A stretch of DNA of 64,000 nt from Octopus sinensis (GCF_006345805.1 NC_043004.1:93682001-93746000), one strand, 5' to 3'. Counted from the first letter of the stretch, positions 49,874-63,766 are shown. The notes: generated by a model not told the origin, from the sequence alone. Translations and numbers: made by a program.

Positions 49874-51528
49874 TACAGACTGTTTATTTATTGTGAGCTT
49901 CATCATTATCATCATTGTTTAACGTCTGCTTTCCATACTGGCATGGGTTGGGCGGTTTGATTGAGGACTGGCAAGCCAGTAGGTTGTACCAGACTCCATT
50001 CTGATCTGGCAATGTTTCTACAGCTGGATGCCCTTCCTAACATCAAAGCTCTTTTTGCAGCTACATGGTTTGGGTTCCTATCCTACTGCACAACACGTTT
50101 GGCAAATGTCTTCTGCCAACAATTTATATTATACAAAACTTGTAATCCTGTTCATAAAAACAATTTGCTCTGTTCTACAGTGACAAGATTTAAGTGGACA
50201 ATGATGAAATTGAGGTAAACAACAACATAACTGAGATTGACATTAAACTCATGAAACTGAGAATGTGACAAATTTGAGGGTGACACTCACTAGGTTGAGG
50301 TTGACAATTTCAAATTTGAGAGGAAAACCTTGTATATATCATCATCATTGTTTAACATCCGTTTTCCATGCTGGTATGAGTTGGACAGTTTGACAGGAGC
50401 AGGGAAGCCAAATGACTACAGCAATCTCTACTGTCTGCTTTGGCATGGTTTCTATGGCAGGATGCCTTTCCTAATGTCAACCACTTTACAGAGGGTGCTG
50501 GGTTCTTTTTACATGGCACTAGCACCAACAGGGTCACTAAGTAACTTGCAAGACAAAGACTCCTAGCCTGGGAGAGGGAACAGTACTGAGGGAAGTGGCT
50601 TTGTGCCAGTTGATGAGAGATTAAATTATAAGAGGGATAGAGGTGGTATTTTGCTGCAGTGGAGATACATGGCTACTCCAACTAGAAAAGAGACAAACAG
50701 ACAGAGATGGTGATGGAGATGTGTACCTAAAGGCATAGTGGGAGGTGAATATAAGTCAAGCAGTACAAAGAACTGGACAAGGTGAGTAGACAGGAGTGGG
50801 GTAGAGAGGGGAAAGTTTTATAAGTGTGTGAGGAGAGATGGTTAGAGATGGAATAGGGGTGAGTGTACAAGAGATGGTAAGAAATATAGGAGCCGCTAAG
50901 AGGGGTTCTATGGTAGATATGTGAGGATATTGAGAGTGATAGTAGATAAGAGAGGTGTTAAGGACGGAGTATAGCAGAGAGAGAGAGAAAGAGTGAGAGA
51001 GAGCAATGACTGAAAGAACAGAAAGGAAGTGATTGGTGGAAATAATAGGCAGAGAGAAGATGATGAGAAATGGAAGTGGTTCCAGTGGGGTGGGAGGAAG
51101 GTGACCAAAAGGAAGGGAATGAAGAGTGTGTTTCTTCTATTAGAATAGTGTATATATTTATGTGCCTGTCAAACATGGAAGGTGGATGTTAAATGATGAT
51201 GATATATGTAGAATAAACCATAAAAGTTAGGAGGTAAGAGTGGTGAATATATATTTATTTAACCACATGACATCCTTAGGATTACAGCTGTTTCGTAACC
51301 TTCTTTGTGTAGTAAAAATTTCAGTGTGGAACAAATGATGCTTATATGTTTGCATTAATATGCATGCTTGGCATCATACAACAGAATCACCATCATCATC
51401 ATCATTTAACATCTGTCGTCCATACTGGCATGGGTTGGACAGTTTGACCAGGGCTGGTATGCTGAGGTGCTGCACCAGACTCCGGTCTGATTTGGCATGG
51501 TTTCTATGTCTGGATGCCCTTCCTAATG

Positions 51529-51588
<60 letters not shown>

Positions 51589-52445
51589 TATAAAGAGAGA
51601 GAGAAGGAGAGAGAGAGAAAGACAGGTACACACACACACATACATACACATTTACATTATTACCATCATTGTCATTTTTACTTTCATTATTCTAAAGTGG
51701 CATAGGTTAGATTACTCTTTTTCAGTATAGTGTCTCCTCTTGTGATCCTTTGTCATCCTTTTTCTAGGTTCTAGCATTCCTGAGATTAGACCTCACCGAT
51801 TCTTCCTCTAGTTGCTTGTCTGTCTTTTCTATAGGGTATACAGCTATATAAACACATATACATACACACAAGACTCCACCACACTTACAAAAGCAGCAAT
51901 GCACATAAGAATTTAACACAATAGCGGTGGTTTGTATTGGCAATTATCAGTTCAATACAAAACTAAACACGTTAGTATTGCCTAAGGAACAGAGAATTCA
52001 TTATTCTGGCAGTTATACAAATAGTTATGCAGAGAATTACCCCACTAGACAAACAAACAGACAGGCTTACACAGACAAGCTACGCAGAGCAAGAAGTGTA
52101 TAGTCAGCTGTATAGAGAAGATATGCTGAGAGATAGAGTCAGATAGTTTATACAGGAAACTACACAGAGAATAACACACAAAATTATCCAGGGAAACTAT
52201 ATAGACATCTACATCAGATATAATAGATATCTACGCAAAGAAGTTTACACAGTTAGCTAGAAAGAGAGAGGATTAAATAGACAGTTTTTCAGGGAGAATT
52301 ACACATCTGATGACAATACTACATGTCGAGATACACAGAAATATTCAGTGATAAACACCACAGTCTGGCCCAGAAAACCAGAAAATAGGGTGCGATGGTT
52401 CTGTGGTTGCTTGCTGTGGTTTCTTGTAATGAATATTATAGAATA

Positions 52446-52862
52446 GGTGCAGGAGTGGCTGTATGGTAAGTAGCTTGCTAACCAACCACATGGTTCTGGG
52501 TTCAGTCCCACTGTGTGGCACCTTGGGCAAGTGTCTTCTGCTATAACCTCGGGCCGACCAAAGCCTTGTGAGTGGATTTGGTAGACGGAAACTGAAAGAA
52601 GCCTGTCGTATATATGTATATATATATATATTTGTATGTGTGTGTATATGTTTGTGTGTCTGTGTTTGTCCCTCTAGCATTGCTTGACAACCGATGATGG
52701 TGTGTTTACGTCTCCGTCACTTAGCGGTTCGGCAAAAGAGGCCGATAGAATAAGTACAGGGCTTACAAAGAATAAGTCCCAGGGTCGATTTGTTCGACTA
52801 AAGGCGGTGCTCCAGCATGGCCGCAGTCAAATGACTGAAACAAGTAAAAGAGTAAAAGAGTA
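52446..52862 (+). mobile_element. SINE family A copy
   Basis: Full head-to-tail copy. Confidence 0.88.
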
Positions 52863-53853
52863 AATAAGAATATTGCTCTTTAACTGCAAATTAAAATTCT
52901 GATTGATATTACGATCAAAGGTATTTGAGTAATCTTTTTGGGGATATGTACAACTACAATATCCCAATGTATCCAATTGGGATATCTACAACTTCAATAG
53001 TCAATTCTTTGCTCTTAAAGCAATTAGGGTGTGATCTGAGAGAAATTTGGATGCTATTTCTAGCAGGTAGATCGAACACATGAGGAATGGCGGCTCATTA
53101 GTGATGGTGATGATGATCAGAAGATGATGGTGGCAATGGTGCTGGGGCATCCAGCCGTAGAAACATTACCAGATCAGACTGGGCCTGGTGCAGCCTTCTG
53201 GCTTCTCAGACCCCAGTTGAACCGTCCAACCCATGCTGGCATGGAAAGCGGACGCTAAACGATGATGATGATGATGGTGATGGTGTTGTTTCACGCCAAA
53301 TCTTCCCTAACTGTACAGACCTATGATGTAAGGTATTCCAACTATGATATCCCAGCCATCTGGTTTTGTTTGGTTTTTTTCATAGTGTATCTAGGATTAT
53401 ATTATCCAATGTGTCCTTTTGTTTTTAAGATTTTAAGATGATGGGATGTAAGTCAAGAGAGATTTGGTTGCACTTTCTAGCAGATCAGGCAACTATGTAG
53501 AGTTTTCTCTCAATGTTGAAGATGATGATGTGATAGTGATAATAATGGGGAATAGGCTGGTAGTAATGATGGAAAAATTGATAGTACAGATGATAGTGGA
53601 GATGATGAAGATGATAGCAATACAGGCAGTGGTGGTGGTGAAATGATAGTGATGATGATGATGATAGCAATGTGGTTCAGATGGTAATGATGATGGAGAT
53701 GACGACGATGATGATGTTATCAGTAACCAATCAATATGTTCCATGCTGTGTTGTTTGGCAGAGGATGTGGAATGAAGGGGATACCATTCTAGTTAGAGTA
53801 GCAAAGGAATTGAAAGAATGGAAGCCTGGATTTTAAGTCTTGGCAGGCTGGTA

Positions 53854-53927
<74 letters not shown>

Positions 53928-54676
53928 GTGGGGGTGAGTTGTGAGTGAATGTACTTGAAGAAATTGGATGAACTAGTGCATTTGATGACTTCTGTAGACA
54001 CGTGCTTGTGTGTGTGCACACACATATACACACTTCTCTCTCTCTCTCTCCCTCTGATATATATATATGTCATAGAAAAAAGCCAGAAAGATGCATGCAT
54101 ATTGCAGATGTGACTCAATCCAAGTAGGGTTGCCATTTTAAGGCAATATATTCAAAAAGATGCTGATTATTTCAGGAGGAGAAGGATAACCTGGAAACAA
54201 TTAAAGCAGCTGCATCAGCGGTGTGTGTGTGCGTGTTTGTATGCACATACATGTGTGCATATGCATGTGTATGCAACTGAGTGTATGTGTGCATCTGTGT
54301 CTGTGTGAATTCATTTGTATATATGTATGTAAATATATATATGTGTGTGTGTGTATCATTATCATCATCATCATCATTTAACGTCCGTTGTCCATGCCGG
54401 CATGGGTCGGACGGTCTGACCGAGGCTGGTAAGCTGGAAGGCTTGCATCAATATACATATATATATATCACTAAAGCGTCCCTTGTCCATCATTTAGACA
54501 GTGCTTCTGTGGCTATTGAATTGTTTTGACTCTTATTTCTAGCAATACCGGTGCTGATTAGTGTCCTTTGTCACTTTAGTGATGCACATATTTCTGCCTT
54601 TAGGTTGTAAAATTGCGAATTAGCTACCCATATTATTTATCTTTCTCTTTATCTATCTATCTATCTATCTATCTAT

Positions 54677-54743
54677 ATACTAAATAATTAGGGTTCAGCA
54701 ACGATTTGCCTCAAATCGTTGCTGAACCCTAATTATTTAGTAT
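54677..54743. repeat. Perfect 32-bp inverted repeat with a 3-nt loop
   Basis: atactaaataattagggttcagcaacgatttg CCT caaatcgttgctgaaccctaattatttagtat. Confidence 0.95.
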
Positions 54744-54853
54744 TACTAAAACTTACCATGAATTGGTCTTTTACACGCTGAATTCTACTTGGGGAAATTA
54801 CTGATTACTTCTTAATTAATTAATTTCACCCTTTGTTATTATTGATATCTATC

Positions 54854-54910
<57 letters not shown>

Positions 54911-55533
54911 TTTGGTGGTACTCCAGCATGGCCACAGTCACATGACTGAAACAAGTAAAACAATAAAAGAATACATTTATATATTCATTTTGTTGAATCA
55001 TATAGAAATGAATGTGTGTGTGTGTGTGTAAATATATACTGTCTTCTAAGGCTATGAATGTGTATAAATATTATACACTAAGACTATTAATGCATGTGTG
55101 TATACGAGAACATATGTATAAGTGTTTGTGGATGTATGTAACACAATTGTATTCTGAGGATGTGAATGCTAAAATACTGAGTATATACATATGTATATGT
55201 GTATATAAATGTGTATGCGTATGTGTATGCACATGCAATTTATTGAGAAGACTATGGTATTATCAGCCATAACATGCCATGCCTGTTGGTTTGGCATCAG
55301 TGATGGGAAAAAAAAGGGGACAGCAGAGGTTGGGTTTCTGACAAACAAGGAGCATGGGGGAGAAAGGGATGAAGAGGCCAGGTGTGAAGTTAACAGAAAT
55401 AACAGGGGAGAGCATTTCGGGGGGGGAAAGAACAGGAAAGGAAGAGCTGTTCATATTTTCAGGTTTTCAGTTAAATTACTCCCTAAAGGATTGTGTTAGT
55501 TCACTTATTAACTTTGCGAATCTAAGCCCTTAG

Positions 55534-55608
55534 CTTGGTTGATTGGTTGGTTGGTTGGTTGGTTGGTTGGTTGGTTGGTTGGTTGGTTGGTTGGTTGGTT
55601 GGTTGGTT
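55534..55608. repeat. (TTGG)n tetranucleotide repeat, followed by complex GATA/GA tracts to about 56130
   Basis: Direct reading. Confidence 0.95.
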
Positions 55609-55939
55609 TGATGTATGCAAGTATGTGTGCATAAATAAATAAATAGATAGACATAGATAGATAGATAGAGAGAGAGAGAGAGAGGGAGGGAGAAAGAGAC
55701 AGATAGGTAAACAATAGAGGTAGACAGATAGATAGATAGATGAGAGAGAGGGAGAGAAAAAGGGATAGAGAGAAACAGAGAAACAGACAGAGAGATAAAT
55801 AGGCAGAGACAGACAGACAGATAGGACAAACAGATAAATTATAGATAGATAGATAGAGAGAGAGATGGGAGAGGGAGGGAGAGAAAGGGGAGAGAGAGGA
55901 AAGAGGGAGAGAGAGGGGAGAGAGAGAGGAGAGAGAAAC

Positions 55940-55970
<31 letters not shown>

Positions 55971-56219
55971 CAGATAGATAAAATAGATGGACAGACAGAC
56001 AGAGTGATGAACTGAAAAAGGAGGGAGGCAGTGGATAGGTAGAAAGGTAAATGGAGAATGAGATAGACATAGAGAAAAATTGAAAGACAGATATACAGTT
56101 AGAAAGGTGAAGTGTAGTGACAGACAGACAGACAAGCAAATTTCCAGGTATCAAAGCAAAAACAGCCAGGGAAGTCAGATGGGCTGACAAACAGCTGGTT
56201 AGAGAGAGATGAACAACTA

Positions 56220-56307
56220 GATAGACAACCACAGACAAGATAGACAGCCACAGACAAGATAGACAGCCACAGACAAGATAGACAGCCACAGACAAGATAG
56301 ACAGCCT
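56220..56307. repeat. 19-nt minisatellite (GATAGACAGCCACAGACAA) x about 4.5
   Basis: Direct reading. Confidence 0.9.
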
Positions 56308-56511
56308 TCTAGATGACTACATATAAAAGCAGATATAGACAGACAAGTTAGCTAGTTTAGAGATATAAGCTGCCTGGCTGGATATATGTGTATACAACAG
56401 ACGATGATATCACACTGGTGTGATATGCACCTAAACAAAAGATAGTCGGCTCTATTGTTAGAGTGGAATAATATAAACTCAAAGGTGAGAATGTGTGAAT
56501 AACTGTTCATA

Positions 56512-56924
56512 GGTGCAGGAGTGGATGTGTGGTAAGTAGCTTGTTTACCAACCACATGGTTCTGGGTTCAGTCCCACTGCGTGGCACCTTGGGCAAGTGT
56601 CTTCTACTATAGCCTCGGGCCGACCAAAGCCTTGTGAGTGGATTTGGTAGACGGAAACTGAAAGAAGCCCGTCGTATATATGTACATATATATATGCGTG
56701 CGTGTGTGTGTTTGTGTGTCTGTGTTTGTCCCCCTAGCATTGCTTGACAACCGATGCTGGTGTGTTTATGTCCCCGTTACTTAGCGGTTCGGCAAAAGAG
56801 ACCGATAGAATAAGTACTGGGCTTACAAAAGAATAAGTCCCGGGGTCGATTTGCTCGATTAAAAGGCAGTGCTCCAGCATGGCCGCAGTCAAATGACTGA
56901 AACAAGTAAAAGAGTAAAAGAGTA
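56512..56924 (+). mobile_element. SINE family A copy
   Basis: Full head-to-tail copy. Confidence 0.88.
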
Positions 56925-57074
56925 TACCTAATCTTCAGGCAACACAAGATGGGCAACAAGAAAATCTGAGTAGCCAACAGTTAAACTGGTGAATGGATAA
57001 TCAAATAAGAAATTAAAGGGGTATAAAGAAAGACTGGCAGATTAGATTAAAAGGATATGTATTTTTATGTGTGT

Positions 57075-57430
57075 ACATGTCATCATCATCGTTGTTTAAC
57101 ATTCATTTTTCTATGCTTGCAGGAGTCGAAGGGAATTTGTCAAAGTAGATTTTCTATGGCCGGATGCCCTTCCTGTCACCAACCCTCATTTACTTCCAAG
57201 TAAGGTAATATTTCCTACGACTGGACATGTTTTCACAGAAGATTTGAAATGAAGGGCAGTGCTTGCATGATGGTGACATTTGTTTACAGCTATTACATGA
57301 AGTTAAGGCAAAGAGACAGTAACACACACATACACATACATATGATGAGTTTCTTTGGGTTTCTGTCTACCAAATCCTTGCACAAGGCATTGGTTACCCT
57401 GAAGCTGTAGTAGAAGATACTTGTCCAAGG
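57075..57430 (-). mobile_element. Older SINE: family A-like head/CORE joined to an RTE-type tail; relative at about 42975-43285 (+)
   Basis: The right part matches the SINE A CORE region; the left part has ggttggtgacaggaagggcatcc and a (GAT)n tail on the minus strand. Confidence 0.6.
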
Positions 57431-57895
57431 TGCCATACAACCACACTTGCACCTAAATTAAATACATAAGCACATACACAAAGAAAGCCACACACACACA
57501 CACACACACAGTAGCCTGATCTCTCTTTTGTGGTCACTACCACAATTGAGCTATGTTCAACTCAGTATAGTTGACATAACTGAAGACAGGTGAATTTGTA
57601 GCAAAAAAATAGCTAACTTTTGAGGCATTAGTTCGTTTTAAAAACCAGAGGCAATACCTAAAGACTGAACTCTCTGGAATGTAATTATTAGGGGAAGGAC
57701 AATAAACATATAGCATCTCTTGTGATGAGAATCATATTGCAGGTAAAGTAATTTTCAGTGGACAAGAAAGCAGCAAATAGATATCCTGAACAGATCTTAA
57801 GGCTAACAACAGTACTTTAATGTAGTGAAACGTAGAAGCTTTAGAGCTATGGCTAATGGAAGGCTACTTTGCACAACAGTGGCCACCTATTTTAA

Positions 57896-58115
57896 CCCTT
57901 TCATTACCAACCCGGCTGAAACCAGCTCTGGCTCTGAGTACAAATGTCTTGTTTTCATAAGTTCTGAATTAAAATCTTCCACCAAACCTTAGTCACAATT
58001 TATGTTCCTAACACTAGCTGAATGATAACTAAGTTATTTTACTAAATTCTTTGTTATATTTAAAGTAATTGAAAGAAACTCAGAGCATCTCAACAGAAAT
58101 ACAGTAACGAAAGGG
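57896..58115. mobile_element. piggyBac-type MITE family 1; second, inverted copy at about 47674-47892
   Basis: TTAA|CCCTTTCATTAC ... GTAACGAAAGGG|TTAA. Confidence 0.88.
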
Positions 58116-59107
58116 TTAAAGATGGAGGAGTGTAAAACAGTGAAATGAGAATGATAAAAGTAGACAACAGAAATAATAGTAAGAAAAAGAGTTGAATAAT
58201 AAAAATAAAATAAAAGTTTGCTGTGCAGAAACATTAGAATTTGAAAACCACAATCAAAACAGAAGCAAAACGTTCAACAACTATAGAATTGCAATTTAGA
58301 TTTTTTATCTGGATGGGATTTTTATCAGCTTTAATTTAGCCAACAGAAGCCTGCCATTAATTTGGCAATTTAATTAAGTAAACATACAGTGACATATTTA
58401 TGTAATGCACCATGGAGCAAATTAATTCAATCTGTATGCAAAACCATATTTAGCTTTACTGTTGAAAAATGTGCTTAACTATAGAACATGTGTTCTACAG
58501 TTAAATGTAGAACACGAGTTCAACAATTAATAACAATAATCAATGAAATACTATCTGAAGACACCAGAAATTAGAGGTGAAACACTTAAGAAATTCAGAG
58601 ATTAAATACAAAAATATCCTTGATTTGGTGTAGGGTTGGGGGTGGTGACAATGATTATGATTTTTCATCACTGTGCAGGATAGACAGGTGAATACCAACT
58701 ATGGCTTTTATTTCTCTTTGTTCCTTCTTGGGTGGATCAATATGGTCCAAAATCATGTGGATGTATTCACATACAGATTGTAAGTATCAGAGAGGGCTGT
58801 AAAGATCATGAACTTGGCTTCTATTCTTTCTTTCTTTGACTAATTTATAACAAATACCAATATTTGTTGGAAAATATCTGGTGATTATGACTTGACCAGT
58901 CCTAAATAAAAGTGGGAACAGAAATTGATATACCAAAATTTGCAGATGTTTACATTTGAAACCACCACTTTTACAAGCTGAAACAACAACAACAACAAGA
59001 GCTACAAAACAGTCACTTTATTTGCCGATGCAGAAGCTAAAACTCATTATTGATGTGGTAACAAACAACACATTTACTAATGTGACAAACACCACCTTTA
59101 TTAATGT

Positions 59108-59332
59108 GAGCTGGCAGAAACGTTAGCACACCGGGCGAAATGCGTAGCCGTATTTCGTCTGCCGATACGTTCTGAGTTCAAATTCCGCCGAGGTCGACTT
59201 TGCCTTTCATCCTTTCGGGGTCGATAAATTAAGTACCAGTTACGCACTGGAGTCGATGTAATCGACTTAATCCGTTCGTCTGTCCTTGTTTGTCCCCTCT
59301 ATGTTTAGCCCCCTGTGGGCAATAAAGAAATA
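59108..59332 (+). mobile_element. SINE family C copy; decayed relatives at about 3920-4200, 12830-13200, 23010-23700, 29570-29770, 39330-39610, 45890-46050
   Basis: Near-identical to the minus-strand copies; attaatgtga on both flanks. Confidence 0.87.
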
Positions 59333-59629
59333 TATTAATGTGACAACCAACAAATCCCTATTGATATGATAACCAACAAACTCCTCGTGGTTTTTAAAAT
59401 ACTTTATGATTTAAATTTAAAGACAATATGTCCATAACAAAGAAAGGATGGTCTCTACTATAAGACTCACAAACACCAATACCAGACATACCCCTAGATC
59501 AAATAAAGACATAACACATCCAATGTTCTGAACGAATATATGGGTCTTTGTTCAAAGACCTTCAAACTGATCAATGTTTATGCATCTCAACAATAACAAT
59601 TTAATCATTTGTAAAAGAATAAAAGATGT

Positions 59630-60063
59630 AACGTGGCCGTTGCCAGCGCCGCCTCGACTGGCTTCTGTACCGGTGGCACATAAAAAGCACCATCCAAACG
59701 TGGCCGATGCCAGCGCCGCCTCGACTGGCTTCTGTGCCGGTGGCACATAAAAAGCGCCATCCGAACGTGGCCGATGCCAGCGCCGCCTTGGCTGGCTTCC
59801 GTGCCGGTGGCACGTTAAAAGCACCAACCGATCGTGGCCGATGCCAGACTCCCCTGGCACTTGTGCAGGTGGCACGTAAAAAGTACCCACTACACTCGCG
59901 GAGTGGTTGGCATTAGGAAGGGCATCCAGCTGTAGAAACACTGCCAGATCAGACTGGAGTCTGGTACAGCCCCTGGCTTCCCAGACCCCGGTCGAACCGT
60001 CCAACCTATGCTAGCATGGAAAACGGACGTTAAACGATGATGATGATGATGATGATGATGATG
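59630..60063 (+). mobile_element. RTE 3'-UTR/tail copy
   Basis: Four internal units, terminal region, (GAT)n. Confidence 0.9.
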
Positions 60064-60440
60064 CTTTCTTTGTTCACTCAAAGAGCATTGGGTGATGAGA
60101 GTTATCCATGTGATACTATTCTGAGCCAAACTGCATCGCTCTTCCCAGGTGACACCGATCTCAATCAAGCCTTCCCATACAGTCCTTTACCACGTCATTA
60201 CTAGCCTGCATCTATTTCTCCTTCTTCCTTTAACTGTCCATTTCTATGGCTATCCTTGACAGTTTCTTCAACAGTATGTGCAATACATGGCCAAGCAGCT
60301 TCCTTCTTTCAGCTGTGATAGTGTCTAGCAGTTCACCGGGGCAGAGCTCTTCTCATGATTTCATTGTTTGTGATGTGGTCACACCAAATGACCTTCAGGA
60401 TATTTTTAAGGTACCAGTGATGAAAAACATTCACTATACT
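60064..60440 (-). mobile_element. Decayed C-terminal fragment of a different RTE-like LINE
   Basis: Minus-strand IEIGVTWEE..SLAQN...W..L resembles RTE ORF2 C-termini. Confidence 0.5.
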
Positions 60441-60671
60441 ACAAATCTTGTCCATCCCCCCCCCCCTGCTTCACCTGCATACAATGCTATATGAACAACA
60501 GATGTGTACAAAGTTTAATCCCTTAGTAAGAGAACGACCATATTGATCCCAATCATTGGAAAATTGCCACTGCTTTACCAAGTCTAGTCTCAGCATCAAT
60601 TTCTGATTTTCTGCTTCTACCATTACTGCCTACCTATGTAAAAAGAATCAACAAATTTAATATTTTGTCCA

Positions 60672-61076
60672 GGCGCAGGAGTGGATGTGTGGTAAGTAGC
60701 TTGTTTACGAACCACATGGTTCCGGGTTCAGTCCCACTGCGTGGCACCTTGGGCAAATGTCTTCTCCTATAGCTTCGGGTCGACCAAAGCCTTGTGAGTG
60801 GATTTGGTAGACGGAAACTGAAAGAAGCCCGTCGTATATATGTATATATATATATATGTATGTGTGTGTGGGTTTGTGTGTCTGTGTTTGTCCCCCTAGC
60901 ATTGCTTGACAACCAATGCTGGTGTGTTTATGTCCCCGTTACTTAGTGGTTCGGCAAAAGAGACCAATAGGATAAGTACTGGGCTTACAAAAGAATAAGT
61001 CCCGAGGTCGAGTTGCTCGATTAAAGGCGGTGCTCCAGCATGGCCGCAGTCAAATGACTGAAACAAGTAAAAGAAT
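60672..61076 (+). mobile_element. SINE family A copy
   Basis: Full head-to-tail copy. Confidence 0.88.
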
Positions 61077-62970
61077 AAGGTTGATGGGTTTGGGTTGATT
61101 TTTGCCTTTTGTCTTTTGGGTTGCTTTTCACCTATATATAAATATAAGACTTTTATGACAAAAAGAAAAACAAAACCCACATTATTAAGGTCACCATAGC
61201 TTGAAATTTACCAGTCTATGAGCAGTATTCTTTCTATGCTGCACATACATTTTACAACTAATGCACAAAAGAAAAAATGTGCACACATGAAGTTTTCAAG
61301 ACGAAATGAAATTTTTTGCACAGCAAAAGTTTGAGTAATGGATGTGCACATACTTTGCAAAAGAAGACAAAACTTGCACATAAGCAAATTTCTGTGCACA
61401 CCCACTGCAAATAAAATTAGAAGGAACATTGCCTATGTGCCAATAACAAAGCTTCTAAAGGTCACTCAATCTACTAGAAATAGTAGTCAAATCTTTCTCA
61501 AATCACACCCTATCCTCCCTATATATAAAATATATAAATAGAAGGAAACATTGGATAATGTAATCCTAGATACACTATGTCAGAAAGAGAGATAGGACAG
61601 AAAACCTTTGATCAAAGGACAGTTGGATCAGGGTTGAGTAGGACAAATGAGCAACATCAACAACAAGCCATTCTGTTTGGACAAACGAGAAAAAACATCT
61701 TGACATCATTGTCAAAAGGATCCTCAAGCTAAAAAGTGGTAGACATCATCATTGCTCTCATTTTTAAATACATTTTATCATGTCAAGTTAATAAGAGCTG
61801 CACAGATTTGCAATAATTATATCTACTTCACTTGACATATATAACTCTCTTAAAAAGCTGAATGTAAAGAGGTAAGCCAGTATTATGTTGGTGAGCCGCA
61901 GATCAACTTTGATTAATCAGATTTAAATTCAAAGTCATTCCAGTCTTTTTTTTTTTAGGGTTATGTCAAAAACTACAACCTGTAATATTATGTCCATTAT
62001 TTATTTACAATGCTAGAATATGATTTGAGGGAGATTAACAGCTATTTCTCACATGTCCAAGCTACCATGTTGTGGTCTCTTCATTGGCTGTTGTGTATTT
62101 GTATGTTGTGGCGCAGGCATAATATAGTAGAATGATTAAGAAATTCTCTTCAAAACCATGAAGCCTCAAGTTTAATCCCACAGTGTAGCACCCTGGGAGG
62201 CTGTTTTCTCTCACAGCTTTGTGACTGAAATTAGATGAACGGAAATTGTGTGGAAGCCTATTAAATGAATTGGTGCTCTAATTTCAAGTACTCACTGAGC
62301 CACTTACACAACAATACAATGATGGCTTCATTTACAGAACAATTGTGAATACTGATTATTGAAAGTGATGTAGCATCCGATAGTGTGAGCATCTCATTTT
62401 GTATGCATGTGATTTGTTTGAGTTTGGGGTTTTTGAATATGCACTATGGTGCACTGTTGATCATACCGTCCAAAGATCAATCCTTGTCATAGCCATCGTG
62501 CTGTACACCTAAACTAAACAAGGTACAGAAATTTGGTCTATTTACCTCAGTTTCCCTGGCTAAATGAGGCACCGCTTCACCAACATGCTGCAGATGCTAG
62601 TTTCAAGCTGAACACCAACTGTGTCAATCACATCAGTCGGGAACCTGAGTTTATAAGTTCATGAACTCTGTCCCATCTCTGACTAAGCTTTTAACGAACC
62701 TACATGGTCCAGTTATTAGTGATAAAGAGGAGGGTAATGATCTGTAAAAAGCAATGACTCTAACAAAATACTAATGTTCAATACCATCTCCCTGAAGAGA
62801 TAGAGAGAGGAAGAAAAAAAAAAGAGTGGGAAAGGAAGAAAGGAAATTGAGGGAAGGATAAAGAGGGAAGAGAAGGGGAAGAGAGAAAGCATATGTATCC
62901 GCATGTATCTTTTCCCTTAACAGTTTAGTATTTAAACCGGTCAAAATATTCTACCTGTTTTATATTCATA

Positions 62971-63371
62971 GGCGCAGGAGTGGCTGTGTGGTAAGTAGCT
63001 TGCTAACCAACCACATGGTTCCGGGTTCAGTCCCACTGCGTGGCATCTTGGGCAAGTGTCTTCTGCTATAGCCCCAGGCCGACCAATGCATTGTGAGTGG
63101 ATTTGGTAGACGGAAACTGAAAGAAGCCTGTCGTATATATGTATATATATATGTGTGTCTGTGTGTGTTGTGTTTGTGTTGTCCCTAGCATTGCTTGACA
63201 ACCGATTTGGTGGGTTTACGTCCCCGTAACTTAGCGGTTCGGCAAAAGAGGCGATAGAATAAGTACTGGGCTTACAAAGAATAAGTCCCGGGGTCGATTT
63301 GCTCAACTAAAGGCGGTGCTCCAGCATGGCCGCAGTCAAATGACTGAAACAAGTAAAAGAGTAAAAGAGTA
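62971..63371 (+). mobile_element. SINE family A copy nested in a piggyBac-type MITE
   Basis: Full copy; MITE halves on both sides. Confidence 0.88.
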
Positions 63372-63766
63372 TACTGACCAGATCTGATTTCTCACATGAA
63401 CCCTACAAAATCATTCCCAAAAAATTAAGTGACCTCATCCAAATCTCAACAGCTACAAGATATCACATGGTTAATTCAAAACAATGAGAATAAAAAACCC
63501 TTACTTTTGAGGGAATAATGGGAATGTTAAGGGGTTAATGCATGTGATATTTTCATTTTCTAAATATGTTCTCTTCCTCTCTCTCTTTCTCTCCCATCTC
63601 TTTTCTCTGTTAGCATCCCTCTTTTTCTAATATCTCCTCCTCTCTCACTATTTTTACTATCTTCACTCCTCTTCTTTCGACTGATAACCTACCTCACCTT
63701 CCCACTCTCTGAGAGTGTACTACTCTGGCATCTCCTCCTCCTCCAGCAGCTCACATTCTGCGTGTA

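Noticed and set aside
381-59916. Recurrent ORFs with LDALPNANHSVSVVGAFYVPP or MLFTCHRH motifs that look like a gene family
   Set aside because: They are antisense or alternative frames of the RTE 3' UTR repeat, with inconsistent starts and stops between copies.
62480-62600. Possible minus-strand micro-exons (tttag|GTGTAC...TGGACG|gtatga; ...ACTGAG|gtaaat)
   Set aside because: No similarity to DOCK N-termini, the phase does not fit exon A, and splice-like words are frequent by chance.
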